The translations under genes were made by a program, and so were the position numbers. DNA of 64,000 nt from Desulfomonilia bacterium (GTDB lineage Bacteria > Desulfobacterota > Desulfomonilia > UBA1062), in contig JBEKDT010000002.1 in the NCBI GenBank assembly GCA_050014195.1, forward strand, positions 160,001 to 224,000, given 5' to 3'. Numbering within the stretch: position 1 is the first letter of the stretch; every line of letters starts with the position of its first letter. Positions 30,185-39,762 of this stretch are shown here, piece after piece. Under the pieces are notes generated by a model. That model was given only the letters and a program-made list of their open reading frames with translations, did not search any database and had not been told where the DNA came from.

Positions 30185-31030
30185 CTACCGTTTCAGCTCC
30201 ATATTATCGATGAGTCTAGTGTTCCCTACCCTCACGGCAAGTGCCATAACAGCTTTCGTGTCGATATGGCTCATGCATTCCAGGGTGTCCGGGTGTACGA
30301 TCTCCACATAGTCAATGGCCGCATCGGGAGTAGATGAAATCATGTCCAGGGCCATCTGCCTGATCTTTGAAGCATCGCTCTCGCCCTTCTTCACAAGATC
30401 CTTAGCCATGATCAGCGCCTTGCTGAGCACAAGGGCGTTTAAGCGCTGTTCAGGGCTTAAGTACTTGTTCCGCGAGCTCATGGCCAGGCCGTCTTCTTCC
30501 CGGACTGTGGGATGGGCAATGACCTTCACGCTCATATTGAGGTCATCCACCATGCGCCTGATTACGGTTAGCTGCTGGTAGTCTTTCTCACCAAAGACAG
30601 CGACATTGGGTTCGATGATGTTGAAAAGCTTTGCCACCACGGTGGTCACACCCCTGAAATGGGTAGGCCGGGCGGCCCCACAGAGCCCATTGGTGATACC
30701 CTCTACGTTTACATAGGTGGCATAGCCTTTGGGGTACATCAGGGCTGCATCGGGGAAAAAGATGCATTCAACTCCGACTCCTTCTGAAAGCTGCCTGTCA
30801 CGCTCGAAATCGCGGGGATACTTGGCAAGGTCTTCCGTGGGCCCGAACTGGGTGGGATTTACAAAGATGCTGATGACAAGATGGTCGGCCAGGGTCTTGC
30901 CCACACGCATGAGGTCAAGGTGGCCCTTGTGCAGGTAGCCCATGGTGGGCACGAGGCAGATGGTCTCTCCACGCTGCTTGACGGCCTTCACATAGGCCTT
31001 CATGTCGTGGATCGTGGTGATGACTTCCAT
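30185..31030 (-). CDS. panC: Pantoate--beta-alanine ligase
   Basis: PTMGYLHKGH, FVNPTQF, FGEKDYQQ, AMSSRN, RLIDN. Confidence 0.96.
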   Translation of the reverse strand: MEVITTIHDMKAYVKAVKQRGETICLVPTMGYLHKGHLDLMRVGKTLADHLVISIFVNPTQFGPTEDLAKYPRDFERDRQLSEGVGVECIFFPDAALMYPKGYATYVNVEGITNGLCGAARPTHFRGVTTVVAKLFNIIEPNVAVFGEKDYQQLTVIRRMVDDLNMSVKVIAHPTVREEDGLAMSSRNKYLSPEQRLNALVLSKALIMAKDLVKKGESDASKIRQMALDMISSTPDAAIDYVEIVHPDTLECMSHIDTKAVMALAVRVGNTRLIDNMELKR

Positions 31031-31043
31031 CACTCCTAATCTC

Positions 31044-31847
31044 CTAGCTCTTGAAACAGTGCTCTTCATCCGGGTAAGCCCTACTCCTCACCTCTTTGGC
31101 ATAGGTGTTCACAGCGTCCTTGATGGTATCAAACAGAAAAGCGTAACGCTTGACGAACTTGGGTTTGAACTCTTTATTCATGCCCAGCAGGTCCTGGATC
31201 ACCAGTACCTGGCCATCGCAATCGGGACCCGCGCCGATGCCGATGGTGGGTATGGAAAGCGCCTCGCTCACCTCCTTGGCCACGGCAGCGGGAACACATT
31301 CGAGTACGAGAGAAAACACCCCTGCATCCTGAAGCAGGAGCGCGTTTTCCTTCAAGAGCTTGGCCGCTTCCTCCCCCCTGCCTTGTACTTTATAGCCGCC
31401 GAAGGCATGGATGGACTGGGGAGTGAGCCCCAGATGGCCCATCACAGGGATATCGGCACGTACAATAGCCTTTACCTGTTCGATGACCCGCTGGGCGCCT
31501 TCGAGCTTCACGGCCTGGGCGCCGGCCTCCTGGAGAAACCGGCCTGCATTGCGCACGGCATCCGGGACACTGGTCTGGTAGGAGAGGAAAGGCATATCTG
31601 CAATCACGAGGGCCTTGGGCTTTACACGGGTTACGCTTACGACGTATTGAAGCATCATTTCCATGGTGACACCGAGCGTGTTGTCAAGGCCTGCCATAAC
31701 ATTGCCTGCAGAATCGCCCACCAGGATGATGTCGATATCGGCTTCGTCAACGATGCGGGTCATTGTCGCATCGTAGGAGGTGACCATGACGATGGGCTGC
31801 TTGCCTTTTTTGTTGAGGATATCCAGAACCGAGACAGACTTCTTCAT
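31044..31847 (-). CDS. panB: 3-methyl-2-oxobutanoate hydroxymethyltransferase
   Basis: LVGDS, DMPF, KLEG, GHLGLTPQ, IGIGAG. Confidence 0.96.
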   Translation of the reverse strand: MKKSVSVLDILNKKGKQPIVMVTSYDATMTRIVDEADIDIILVGDSAGNVMAGLDNTLGVTMEMMLQYVVSVTRVKPKALVIADMPFLSYQTSVPDAVRNAGRFLQEAGAQAVKLEGAQRVIEQVKAIVRADIPVMGHLGLTPQSIHAFGGYKVQGRGEEAAKLLKENALLLQDAGVFSLVLECVPAAVAKEVSEALSIPTIGIGAGPDCDGQVLVIQDLLGMNKEFKPKFVKRYAFLFDTIKDAVNTYAKEVRSRAYPDEEHCFKS

Positions 31848-32040
31848 TCCTCACCTCCCTCGAAACCATTGGTACACTTGATTCTGTAAACGATCAAGGG
31901 AATTTTCAAGAATATGCCATGAAAATGAAACAGAGGCATTTTCTTGAAAGGGCCTGCGAATTGGGCTAAAACACAAATGCTCGCAGGGATAAATATTGAT
32001 GCTATTTCATAAAAACAAAAAAGATTTTAAAGGTAATACT

Positions 32041-33402
32041 ATGAACAGGATGCGTTCTTTTTTTTCGATCTTTCTCCTGATTCTCTTTTCTCTCCATGTT
32101 TTTATGGCCCAAGCGTATGCTGCAGAAAATCAAGTTCAGCAAAAGCCGGTGCTTGGAATAATCACGGGAAAGTCCACCAGTCAGAACACCCCATCGCAAA
32201 ACCTCCTTGCCTCAGGAAAAATTACAAGCAACAAGATCGACTTGGTAACACAAAAGTTTGCCGAAGTTCTGGGGGACTGGGTGGCCGACAAGATTTTTCT
32301 CGACATCACCTGGCTTAAGATCTTCTACTGCCTGATTTTGTTTCTGGGTGTTCTCATCCTCGATCGCATCATCAAGTATATCCTCAGCAGACAGATCCAT
32401 AAGAAATTTGCTGCACGCATGCGCATGCAGACGCTTGCATCCTTGATCGATGCCCAGCGCGGTCCGCTATCCCTGTTCATCCTTTCGTATGGTGCCCTAT
32501 GGTCCTTCTCCCCCATCCTGTCGCAATTCAAGTCTGTCAAGGACCTGCAGTATATTCCTATCGTTGTCGGCAAGGCCGCTGATATCGCCTGCTACTTTGC
32601 CATCCTGTGGTATCTCTACCGCCTTGGTTTCTTTTTGGAGAATTACCTCAAAGACAAGGCTGATAAATCCGAAAAAGGCCTTGGCGACATGCTGCTGCCG
32701 TTTCTCGGCAAGACTTTAGGTATTCTGATCATCTTTATCGGATTTGCCGTCATACTCCATCGACTCACCGGCATGAACTTCGGCCTCATGATCGCATCTT
32801 TGGGTATCGGCGGCGCAGCCATCGCCTTTGCAGCCAAAGAGTCAATAGGCAACTTCTTAGGCTCGCTCACCATCATCTTTGACAAGCCCTTTACCCTAGG
32901 AGACCGGATCGTCATCGATAATTACGATGGAGTCGTGGAACAGTTAGGGTTCAGGAGCACGCGGATCAGGACAATGGAAGGCAGCCTCGTGAGCATCCCG
33001 AATGAAAAAGTCATCACCTGTGCCCTGGAGAACATCGGGCAGAAACCCTATATTCGCTGGCTTAACAACTTCACCCTTGCCTCTGATACACCTCCCGCCA
33101 AGGTGGAGCAGGCCGTTGCAATCATCAAGGGCATCCTGGACAACCATGAAGGCATGAACCCCGACTTTCCGCCACGGGTTTACTTCAACGGCTTCAATGG
33201 TACAAGCCTCAACATCCTCGTGCTGACGTGGTACCACCCTGCCGAGTACTGGCAATACATGGATTGGCTCCAGCAGACCTGCTTCAAGATCTTAAACGCC
33301 TTTGAGGCTGAGGGCATTGAATTCGCCTACCCAATGCAAACCGTCAACCAGGCAGGGGATAAGAAGAAAGAGCTTGAGATTAAAGTAATCAGTGATCAGT
33401 GA
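32041..33402 (+). CDS. mscS: Small-conductance mechanosensitive channel family protein
   Basis: LGIGGAAIAFAAKE, DKPFTLGD, GFRSTRIRT, GIEFAYP; signal-like N-terminus. Confidence 0.88.
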   Translation: MNRMRSFFSIFLLILFSLHVFMAQAYAAENQVQQKPVLGIITGKSTSQNTPSQNLLASGKITSNKIDLVTQKFAEVLGDWVADKIFLDITWLKIFYCLILFLGVLILDRIIKYILSRQIHKKFAARMRMQTLASLIDAQRGPLSLFILSYGALWSFSPILSQFKSVKDLQYIPIVVGKAADIACYFAILWYLYRLGFFLENYLKDKADKSEKGLGDMLLPFLGKTLGILIIFIGFAVILHRLTGMNFGLMIASLGIGGAAIAFAAKESIGNFLGSLTIIFDKPFTLGDRIVIDNYDGVVEQLGFRSTRIRTMEGSLVSIPNEKVITCALENIGQKPYIRWLNNFTLASDTPPAKVEQAVAIIKGILDNHEGMNPDFPPRVYFNGFNGTSLNILVLTWYHPAEYWQYMDWLQQTCFKILNAFEAEGIEFAYPMQTVNQAGDKKKELEIKVISDQ

Positions 33403-33409
33403 TCACAGA

Positions 33410-34105
33410 TCACTGACTGTCAAGGTTCCCAAGCCAGCTCAGCGTCTTCCCGAGGATGCTGGCGTAGACCTGTTCATCGGTGACACTGGAGGCGACTTGC
33501 ATCTTGAAGGAATGATCCCCTCCTTCGATAACCTCAAGGGTCCAGGGTGCCTTGATCCGGCTGAGCACATCCTTTAGGATGGTAATATCGCAGAAAGGGT
33601 CGTGGCTCCCTTCAAAGAAGAGCATGGGGACATCAATCCTGTGGAGATGGGCATCCCGCAGGATATCCTTCTTGCCGGGCGGGTGGAGGGGATATCCGAG
33701 GAGGATTAATCCGCTGACATCAAAGAGTCCGGCCGCTACAGCCTGGCTGGCTATTCTGCCGCCAAGGGACTTGCCTGCTACCACAACCCTCTCCGGTTGA
33801 TACGCGGGGTGGTTCTTGAAAAACTGGTACACACTCAGCCACGTGGCCATAAGCACATCGTCACTGTCCGGGTTTCTCCGGGCTCTATCCCGGTAGGGGA
33901 AGTTGAACCTCACGCACAGATACCCTGCCTGCTCCAGGACATGGGCCATATGGACGAGCAGCGGGTTGAACATGTCGTTACCTGCACCATGGGCAAGGAT
34001 CACTGCAGTTTTGCGTGATGCATCATAGTTCTGTGGAAAAGAAACCAGTGTAGATATCTTTCCACCATGCTCTGCAGGGATGAACACGTATTCATCGGCA
34101 GCCAA
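33410..34105 (-). CDS. Alpha/beta hydrolase (KANL3/Tex30-like)
   Basis: AHGAG, GKSLGGR, GYPLHPPG, GGDHSF; TTG start with AAGGAG RBS. Confidence 0.88.
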   Translation of the reverse strand: MAADEYVFIPAEHGGKISTLVSFPQNYDASRKTAVILAHGAGNDMFNPLLVHMAHVLEQAGYLCVRFNFPYRDRARRNPDSDDVLMATWLSVYQFFKNHPAYQPERVVVAGKSLGGRIASQAVAAGLFDVSGLILLGYPLHPPGKKDILRDAHLHRIDVPMLFFEGSHDPFCDITILKDVLSRIKAPWTLEVIEGGDHSFKMQVASSVTDEQVYASILGKTLSWLGNLDSQ

Positions 34106-34314
34106 AATCGTCTCCTTCTCAATACGGACTGTTCTACATTATTATAAAAAATCCCTCGGAACCCATACCAGATGATATGATACCCTTTTCAATCATATAA
34201 TGATACCCGATGTCAAAACATCAGATGGTATTTGTGTGTCAATCAGGCTTTTGGCTTGAAATCATGAGAGAGATGCATATTGTCTTTTCCCATGAGATAC
34301 CCTAGATAACTCAC

Positions 34315-35415
34315 GTGGCCACCACAAAACTTAAGCGTGCTATGGCATATGTGCCCCTTGCCGCAGCTTTGATCATCGTGATGGTGGTGTTTATGATGGA
34401 AATACCTAAGAACGATCCTGAAGCATCAATGGTGCCGGCTGGAGAAGGCATGAGTATCTGGGATATCGCACGAAACAAGATCCACCACGGCAACGGCTAC
34501 TTTATAAATCCATTCACCCCCTTCGAGATGCGGCGCAGAAGCATGCTCGATGTACTGAGATGGAAATTCTTTTCAGACAATCAGTTCAAGCAGTATTACA
34601 AAGATGAGAAGGTCGAGCCTGTCCGCATCGACTGGCAACCTATCAAATCGAATACCTCCTTGAGCATCACCTATATCAACCATGCAAGCGTGCTCATCAA
34701 GGAAGGCACCACCTCTCTGCTCGTTGACCCGGTGCTGTTCGGCATGTTCTGGCCCATCAAGGATTTCAGCCCCCTTGCCTTTTCTCCGGATCAGATGCCG
34801 AAAATCGATGCCGTACTCATCACGCATGGACATTACGACCATCTCGACCTGAAATCCTTAAAGACGTTCAATGGTAACTCCCTCTTCTTGTGCCCCCTTG
34901 GATACGGCGACCTTCTCAAAGAAAACGGATCAAGAAGGGTCAAAGAGCTTGACTGGCTCGACAGCATAACAGTGGGCCCTTTTGAGATCACATTCCTGCC
35001 GTGCAACCACTGGACCATGCGCAATCCCATAATCGGGCCCAACACGGCCCTGTGGGGGTCGTATCTCGTCAAATCCTCATCGGGCAGAACCATCTATATC
35101 ACGGGAGACACTGCCTACTTCGACCGGTTTGCAGAGATTGGGCAGCGTTATAAGATAGACCTGGCAATCTTCAACCTCGGGGCATACGAGCCGCGATGGT
35201 TCATGAAGTATTCCCATATCAACCCCCGGGAGACGGTACAGGCATTCAAGGAACTCGGCGCAAAGAAGCTTATGGTCGTTCACTGGGGTACCTTCAGGCT
35301 GGGTGATGAGCCGGTATACCAGCCCCCTCTGGACATCAGGAAGGAAATGGAAAAGTCAGGGCTGTATGACAGACTCTTTGAGTTGAAGCACGGCCAGACA
35401 TTGTTCCTTGATTGA
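34315..35415 (+). CDS. MBL-fold hydrolase, NAPE-PLD/RomA-like
   Basis: THGHYDHLD, LWGS, GDT, GAYEPRWFM..HINP, HWGTF; N-terminal membrane anchor. Confidence 0.87.
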   Translation: MATTKLKRAMAYVPLAAALIIVMVVFMMEIPKNDPEASMVPAGEGMSIWDIARNKIHHGNGYFINPFTPFEMRRRSMLDVLRWKFFSDNQFKQYYKDEKVEPVRIDWQPIKSNTSLSITYINHASVLIKEGTTSLLVDPVLFGMFWPIKDFSPLAFSPDQMPKIDAVLITHGHYDHLDLKSLKTFNGNSLFLCPLGYGDLLKENGSRRVKELDWLDSITVGPFEITFLPCNHWTMRNPIIGPNTALWGSYLVKSSSGRTIYITGDTAYFDRFAEIGQRYKIDLAIFNLGAYEPRWFMKYSHINPRETVQAFKELGAKKLMVVHWGTFRLGDEPVYQPPLDIRKEMEKSGLYDRLFELKHGQTLFLD

Positions 35416-35514
35416 TTGCACGTCGTCCATCACCTCTCACCCCTGGTGATCATAAACAGCCTGCCCCGTCCTCTTGACAACCCGGGTATGGAGTTTATGA
35501 AATGGAATAAAGGC

Positions 35515-36504
35515 ATGGAAAATAATAACGCTGCAGATTGGAAAGGAAGAAAAGTCGTTATCGTGGGTGCCGGTGCGGTGGGGTCGACCTTTGCCTACGC
35601 CCTTGCCCAGAGCGGTATAGCAGACGATATCGCGATAATCGACCATAACCGGGAACTGGTGAGGGGCCAGGTCCTCGATCTGGCCAATGGCGTGCCTTTC
35701 TTCCCCACGGTACATATCCATGAAGGATTGCCGGATGATTACCGCGATGCCCAAGTGGTCGTTATAACTGCAGGCTCCAAGCAGCAACAGGGGGAATCAC
35801 GTTTGAACCTCCTTAAGAGAAACATCACCATCATTGAGCGGATCGCTTATGATATCGCCCGGAATGGCTCGCAGGCCGTCATTGTCGTGGTGAGCAATCC
35901 TGTGGATATTTTGTCATATGCCGCCCTGAAGAAGTCGGGGTTGCCGCGGGGACGCGTCATAGGCTCCGGCACCGTCCTTGACAGCTCCAGGTTGCGGTAC
36001 ATGCTTCACCAGTACTGCGGGATAGATGTACATAACGTCCACGCATATATCCTGGGTGAACATGGCGACAGCGAGTTTGCAGCATGGTCTATGACCCATA
36101 TGGCCGGCATCCCCATCGATCAATATTGCCAAATCTGCAACAAGTGCGACGATTGGAAAGAAGGACGGAAGAAAATAATGGACGACGTCAGGAATTCCGC
36201 TTACCACATTATAGATTATAAAGGTTCAACATATTTTGCCATAGGACTGGCCCTGGTTCAGATCGTATCTGCAATTGTCCGGAACCAGCACAGTGTCTTG
36301 ACCGTATCCACTATGCTGGGGGGAGAATATGGGGTTGAGGATGTCTGTCTGAGCATCCCCTGCATCGTCACCCGGCAGGGTGTTGAGAAGATCATAGAAG
36401 GACATCTGTCCGAGGATGAACTGCAGTCTCTTCATCTCTCGGCACACATCCTGAAGGACACGCTTGCCGGTCTTCACACGGATGAATCCCCTCATGTTCA
36501 CTGA
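35515..36504 (+). CDS. ldh: L-lactate dehydrogenase
   Basis: GAGAVG, SNPVD, GSGTVLDSSR, GEHGDS, KGSTYFAI; start uncertain. Confidence 0.9.
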   Translation: MENNNAADWKGRKVVIVGAGAVGSTFAYALAQSGIADDIAIIDHNRELVRGQVLDLANGVPFFPTVHIHEGLPDDYRDAQVVVITAGSKQQQGESRLNLLKRNITIIERIAYDIARNGSQAVIVVVSNPVDILSYAALKKSGLPRGRVIGSGTVLDSSRLRYMLHQYCGIDVHNVHAYILGEHGDSEFAAWSMTHMAGIPIDQYCQICNKCDDWKEGRKKIMDDVRNSAYHIIDYKGSTYFAIGLALVQIVSAIVRNQHSVLTVSTMLGGEYGVEDVCLSIPCIVTRQGVEKIIEGHLSEDELQSLHLSAHILKDTLAGLHTDESPHVH

Positions 36505-37701
36505 TCACCTCTTGGCCTTTTTGAACGCCCTTTCCAGGTCCTCGATGATGTCTTCGACATCTTCCAGTCCCACAGCCAGGCGGAACAGGGTGTCGGTGAT
36601 GCCGAGTTCATAGCGCTTCTCACGGGTATAGTCGTAATACGTTATGGTGGCCGGATGGGTGATGAGTGTCTCCGCACCACCGAAACTCGGACCGATATAG
36701 ATCATCTCGAGGGAGTCCATGAAACGGTTGGCATCATCAAGGTCACCCTTCGTGATAAAGGTAACCACGCACCCGCCGCCCGTCATCTGCTCCTTGGCGA
36801 TTGCATAGTGCTGGTGGCTTTCCAGAAACGGATAGTACACCCGCTCAACGTCGGGGTGGCTTTCAAGAAATTTGGCCACTTCAAGGGCTGTTTCGTTCTG
36901 CAGCTTCACCCGCATGGGGAATGTCTTAATTCCCCGCAGCAGGAGATAGCAGCAGTGGGCGTCGATAAGGCCGCCCATGGACTTATGGAGGCTTCGGATA
37001 GGGGTGATGAGCTCGGTACTCCCCAGTACGACACCAGCCAGGATATCGTTGTGCCCTGACAGGTACTTGGTTCCGCTGTAGGTGACAAGATCGATGCCGA
37101 ACTCCAGGGGCCTCTGGTTGATAGGCGTGGCTATGGTGCTGTCGATGAGAGTCATAATATGATGTTTATCAGCAATCTTCTTGAGTAAAACAAGGTCAAA
37201 GACATTGAGGTACGGGTTCGTGGGAGACTCGGAGAAGATAAACTTGGTGTTCTTTCTAATTGCGCCCTCCAGGGCATCATAGTCGCCGAAGGGTACTATG
37301 GTGCAATCCACACCGAATCTCTGCAGGTAGATATTACAGAATTCAAGGGTCTTCTTGTAGCTGTCATCCGTAATGACAATGTGATCTCCGGTGCTGACCA
37401 GGGAAAGGATCGTGGTGGTGATGGCCATCATGCCGGATGAGAAGACCACGCAGTCTTCGGCCCCTTCAAGGTCCGCAATGCGCCGCTGGGCTATGACCTC
37501 GGTAGGGTTGCCATACCTGCCGTACTCGAACCTCTCCTTTTTTTCCTTTGTGTATTCTCTGATGTCCTTGCTGTTCTTGAATGTGAATGTGGAGGTCTGA
37601 AATATCGGCGTGGTCAGGGAATCGGCATATTTATCCCGAGGCTCACCCGCGTGGATCGCCCGGGATGCCATGCCGGATTTTTTCTTTCTTTTTTCGTTCA
37701 T
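36505..37701 (-). CDS. metB: Cys/Met metabolism PLP enzyme (cystathionine gamma-synthase-like)
   Basis: YGRYGNPT, SSGM, ESPTNP, SGTKYLSGHND, RLAVGLE; metX is nearby. Confidence 0.8.
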   Translation of the reverse strand: MNEKRKKKSGMASRAIHAGEPRDKYADSLTTPIFQTSTFTFKNSKDIREYTKEKKERFEYGRYGNPTEVIAQRRIADLEGAEDCVVFSSGMMAITTTILSLVSTGDHIVITDDSYKKTLEFCNIYLQRFGVDCTIVPFGDYDALEGAIRKNTKFIFSESPTNPYLNVFDLVLLKKIADKHHIMTLIDSTIATPINQRPLEFGIDLVTYSGTKYLSGHNDILAGVVLGSTELITPIRSLHKSMGGLIDAHCCYLLLRGIKTFPMRVKLQNETALEVAKFLESHPDVERVYYPFLESHQHYAIAKEQMTGGGCVVTFITKGDLDDANRFMDSLEMIYIGPSFGGAETLITHPATITYYDYTREKRYELGITDTLFRLAVGLEDVEDIIEDLERAFKKAKR

Positions 37702-37846
37702 GACTTCTCCTTTTCCGCACATCCCTAATAAAATAATTAGTGTTTATGCTAATATACGCCCTGTTTACTGTCAAGGCAAAAGCTGCCCTGAAACGGCCCG
37801 GTTCTCCTTGTCATGATCGAAACGGATGTGGTAACAGCCCTGGGCT

Positions 37847-38488
37847 ATGAACGACGTCATAGATGCGGTCATACAATATGCACGGAACCACTTCGAGGAT
37901 GCAAAATACAGCCACGACTGGGAGCATACTGAACGGGTTTACAAGCTGTGCATGCACATCGGCGCCATTGAAGGGGCGGACCTTGATGTACTTGCAATAT
38001 CCGCCTTTCTGCATGATATCGGCAGGACTCACCAGGACAAGGCCAAGGGAAGCATCTGTCATGCCGAGAAGGGTGCCGATATGGCCCGTGAGATGTTGGA
38101 AAAGTACCCGATCCCTCACGAGAAGAAGGAGAATATCATCCACTGCGTCCTGACCCACCGGTACCGGAACAGCCATGTACCCGAGACTATTGAGGCCAAG
38201 GTCCTTTTTGATGCCGACAAGCTCGATGCCATAGGCGCGGTGGGAATAGCCCGGGCATACCTTTTTGCCGGCGAGGTGGGGGCCGTACTGCACAACCCCC
38301 ATGCAATACCTGAGCAGACCAAGCCCTACAGTAAGGATGACACAGGCTATCGGGAATACAGGGTGAAACTCAGTCGGATTAAGGATAAAATGCTCACGTC
38401 GGAAGGCAAGCGCATGGCGCAAGAACGCCATGCCTTCATGGAAGATTTCTTCGAGCGCTTCCTTAAGGAGCATGAGGGGCTGCTGTGA
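37847..38488 (+). CDS. HD-domain phosphohydrolase
   Basis: HDWEH, LHDIG, HRYR, DADKLDAIGAVGIAR. Confidence 0.9.
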   Translation: MNDVIDAVIQYARNHFEDAKYSHDWEHTERVYKLCMHIGAIEGADLDVLAISAFLHDIGRTHQDKAKGSICHAEKGADMAREMLEKYPIPHEKKENIIHCVLTHRYRNSHVPETIEAKVLFDADKLDAIGAVGIARAYLFAGEVGAVLHNPHAIPEQTKPYSKDDTGYREYRVKLSRIKDKMLTSEGKRMAQERHAFMEDFFERFLKEHEGLL

Positions 38489-38534
38489 TGACTCAAACAT
38501 ATAAAAAGTTTATCGAATAACTTAGGAAAACGTC

Positions 38535-38885
38535 ATGCACGAGCTCCCTGTCATGCAGAGCATCCTTACGATTGTACTCAAACATGCAGCCATGCATCGT
38601 ATGAAGAAGATTCATGCTATTAATCTGTCCGTGGGTACATTGAGCGACCTTGAAGCCGAATGGATGCAGCGCTATTTTGATCATTTAAGCGCCGGGACGG
38701 TTGCCGAAGGGGCCAGGCTCAAGATCGAGTGGGTGCCTGCCGTGCTCTCATGCGAGGCATGCGGGGAGCACTTTGAGATCGACAAGACCAAGCTGGGCGG
38801 CATCACCTGCCCTGCATGCGGGCAAAAGAAGTTTTCACTAGTGTCCGGCAAGGAATACCATATCAAGGACATGGAGGCCGAATGA
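38535..38885 (+). CDS. hypA: Nickel metallochaperone HypA
   Basis: MHE N-terminus; two CxxC motifs (CEAC, CPAC). Confidence 0.93.
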   Translation: MHELPVMQSILTIVLKHAAMHRMKKIHAINLSVGTLSDLEAEWMQRYFDHLSAGTVAEGARLKIEWVPAVLSCEACGEHFEIDKTKLGGITCPACGQKKFSLVSGKEYHIKDMEAE

Positions 38886-39553
38886 TGAGCGAGATCCGCC
38901 TGATCGAGATCAAAGAAGAGATCCTCTCTGACAATAAAAAAGATGCCGACACCTTGAGAAAGAAGCTGAAAGATCAGAAGACCTTTCTCCTCAATCTCAT
39001 GTCCTCGCCGGGCGCCGGTAAGACGACCCTGATACTTAAGACCATCGAGCACCTCAAGACCAGATTCCGGATAGGCGTGCTTGAGGCGGACATCGACTCC
39101 ATGGTGGATGCCGAGAAGGTAGCAGCCGCAGGCATCCCTGCCGTGCAGATCAGGACCGGCGGTTTCTGCCACCTGGACGCCACTATGGTGATGAAGGGAC
39201 TCAATGCATTCGACCTTTCAAGCCTTGATCTTGTCATCATCGAGAATGTGGGCAATCTCGTATGTCCGGCCGAGTTCGACACCGGCGCAGTGAAGAACGC
39301 CATGATCTTAAGCGTGCCCGAGGGCGATGACAAACCCTTGAAATACCCACTCATGTTCAGCATCTGTGATGTGCTGCTGGTAAACAAGATCGATTACTTA
39401 AGCATTTCCGACTTCGACATGAAGGCCCTCCATGAGCGGGCCCGCACGCTGAACCCCGGCATTACGATCATCGAAACCTCGGGAAAGACCGGGGCCGGGA
39501 TTGATGCATGGGCGCAGTGGCTGGCCAAGGAGACACATACTTTCATCACCTAA
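38882..39553 (+). CDS. hypB: Nickel incorporation GTPase HypB
   Basis: SSPGAGKT, CHLDA, ENVGNLVCPA, EGDDKPLKYP, NKID. Confidence 0.95.
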   Translation: MMSEIRLIEIKEEILSDNKKDADTLRKKLKDQKTFLLNLMSSPGAGKTTLILKTIEHLKTRFRIGVLEADIDSMVDAEKVAAAGIPAVQIRTGGFCHLDATMVMKGLNAFDLSSLDLVIIENVGNLVCPAEFDTGAVKNAMILSVPEGDDKPLKYPLMFSICDVLLVNKIDYLSISDFDMKALHERARTLNPGITIIETSGKTGAGIDAWAQWLAKETHTFIT

Positions 39554-39560
39554 GGTCTTT

Positions 39561-39701
39561 CGAAGGAACGCCTTGAGGGGCGATCTTACGAAGGATATCG
39601 TGGCTTAAAGCCGCTCATATATTATGCAGCATATTACGGAGATGTAGGAGCGCCTTCAGGCGCGACCCGTTCGGGATATCGCGGCTAAAGCCGCTCCTAC
39701 A
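39561..39701. repeat. GTAG-type REP doublets (one intact at 39643-39701, one degenerate at 39561-39621)
   Basis: TGTAGGAGCGCCTTCAGGCGCGA...TCGCGGCTAAAGCCGCTCCTACA inverted pair, preceded by a decayed tandem copy. Confidence 0.8.
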
Positions 39702-39762
39702 ATCTGCTTGATCTTGGACCGCCCTGTATGGGTATATAGGGCACAAAAATTGCGAGTGCACT

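Noticed and set aside
36499-36510. Abutting stop codons of ldh and metB (TGATCA)
   Set aside because: Compact convergent junction; no evidence of a function.
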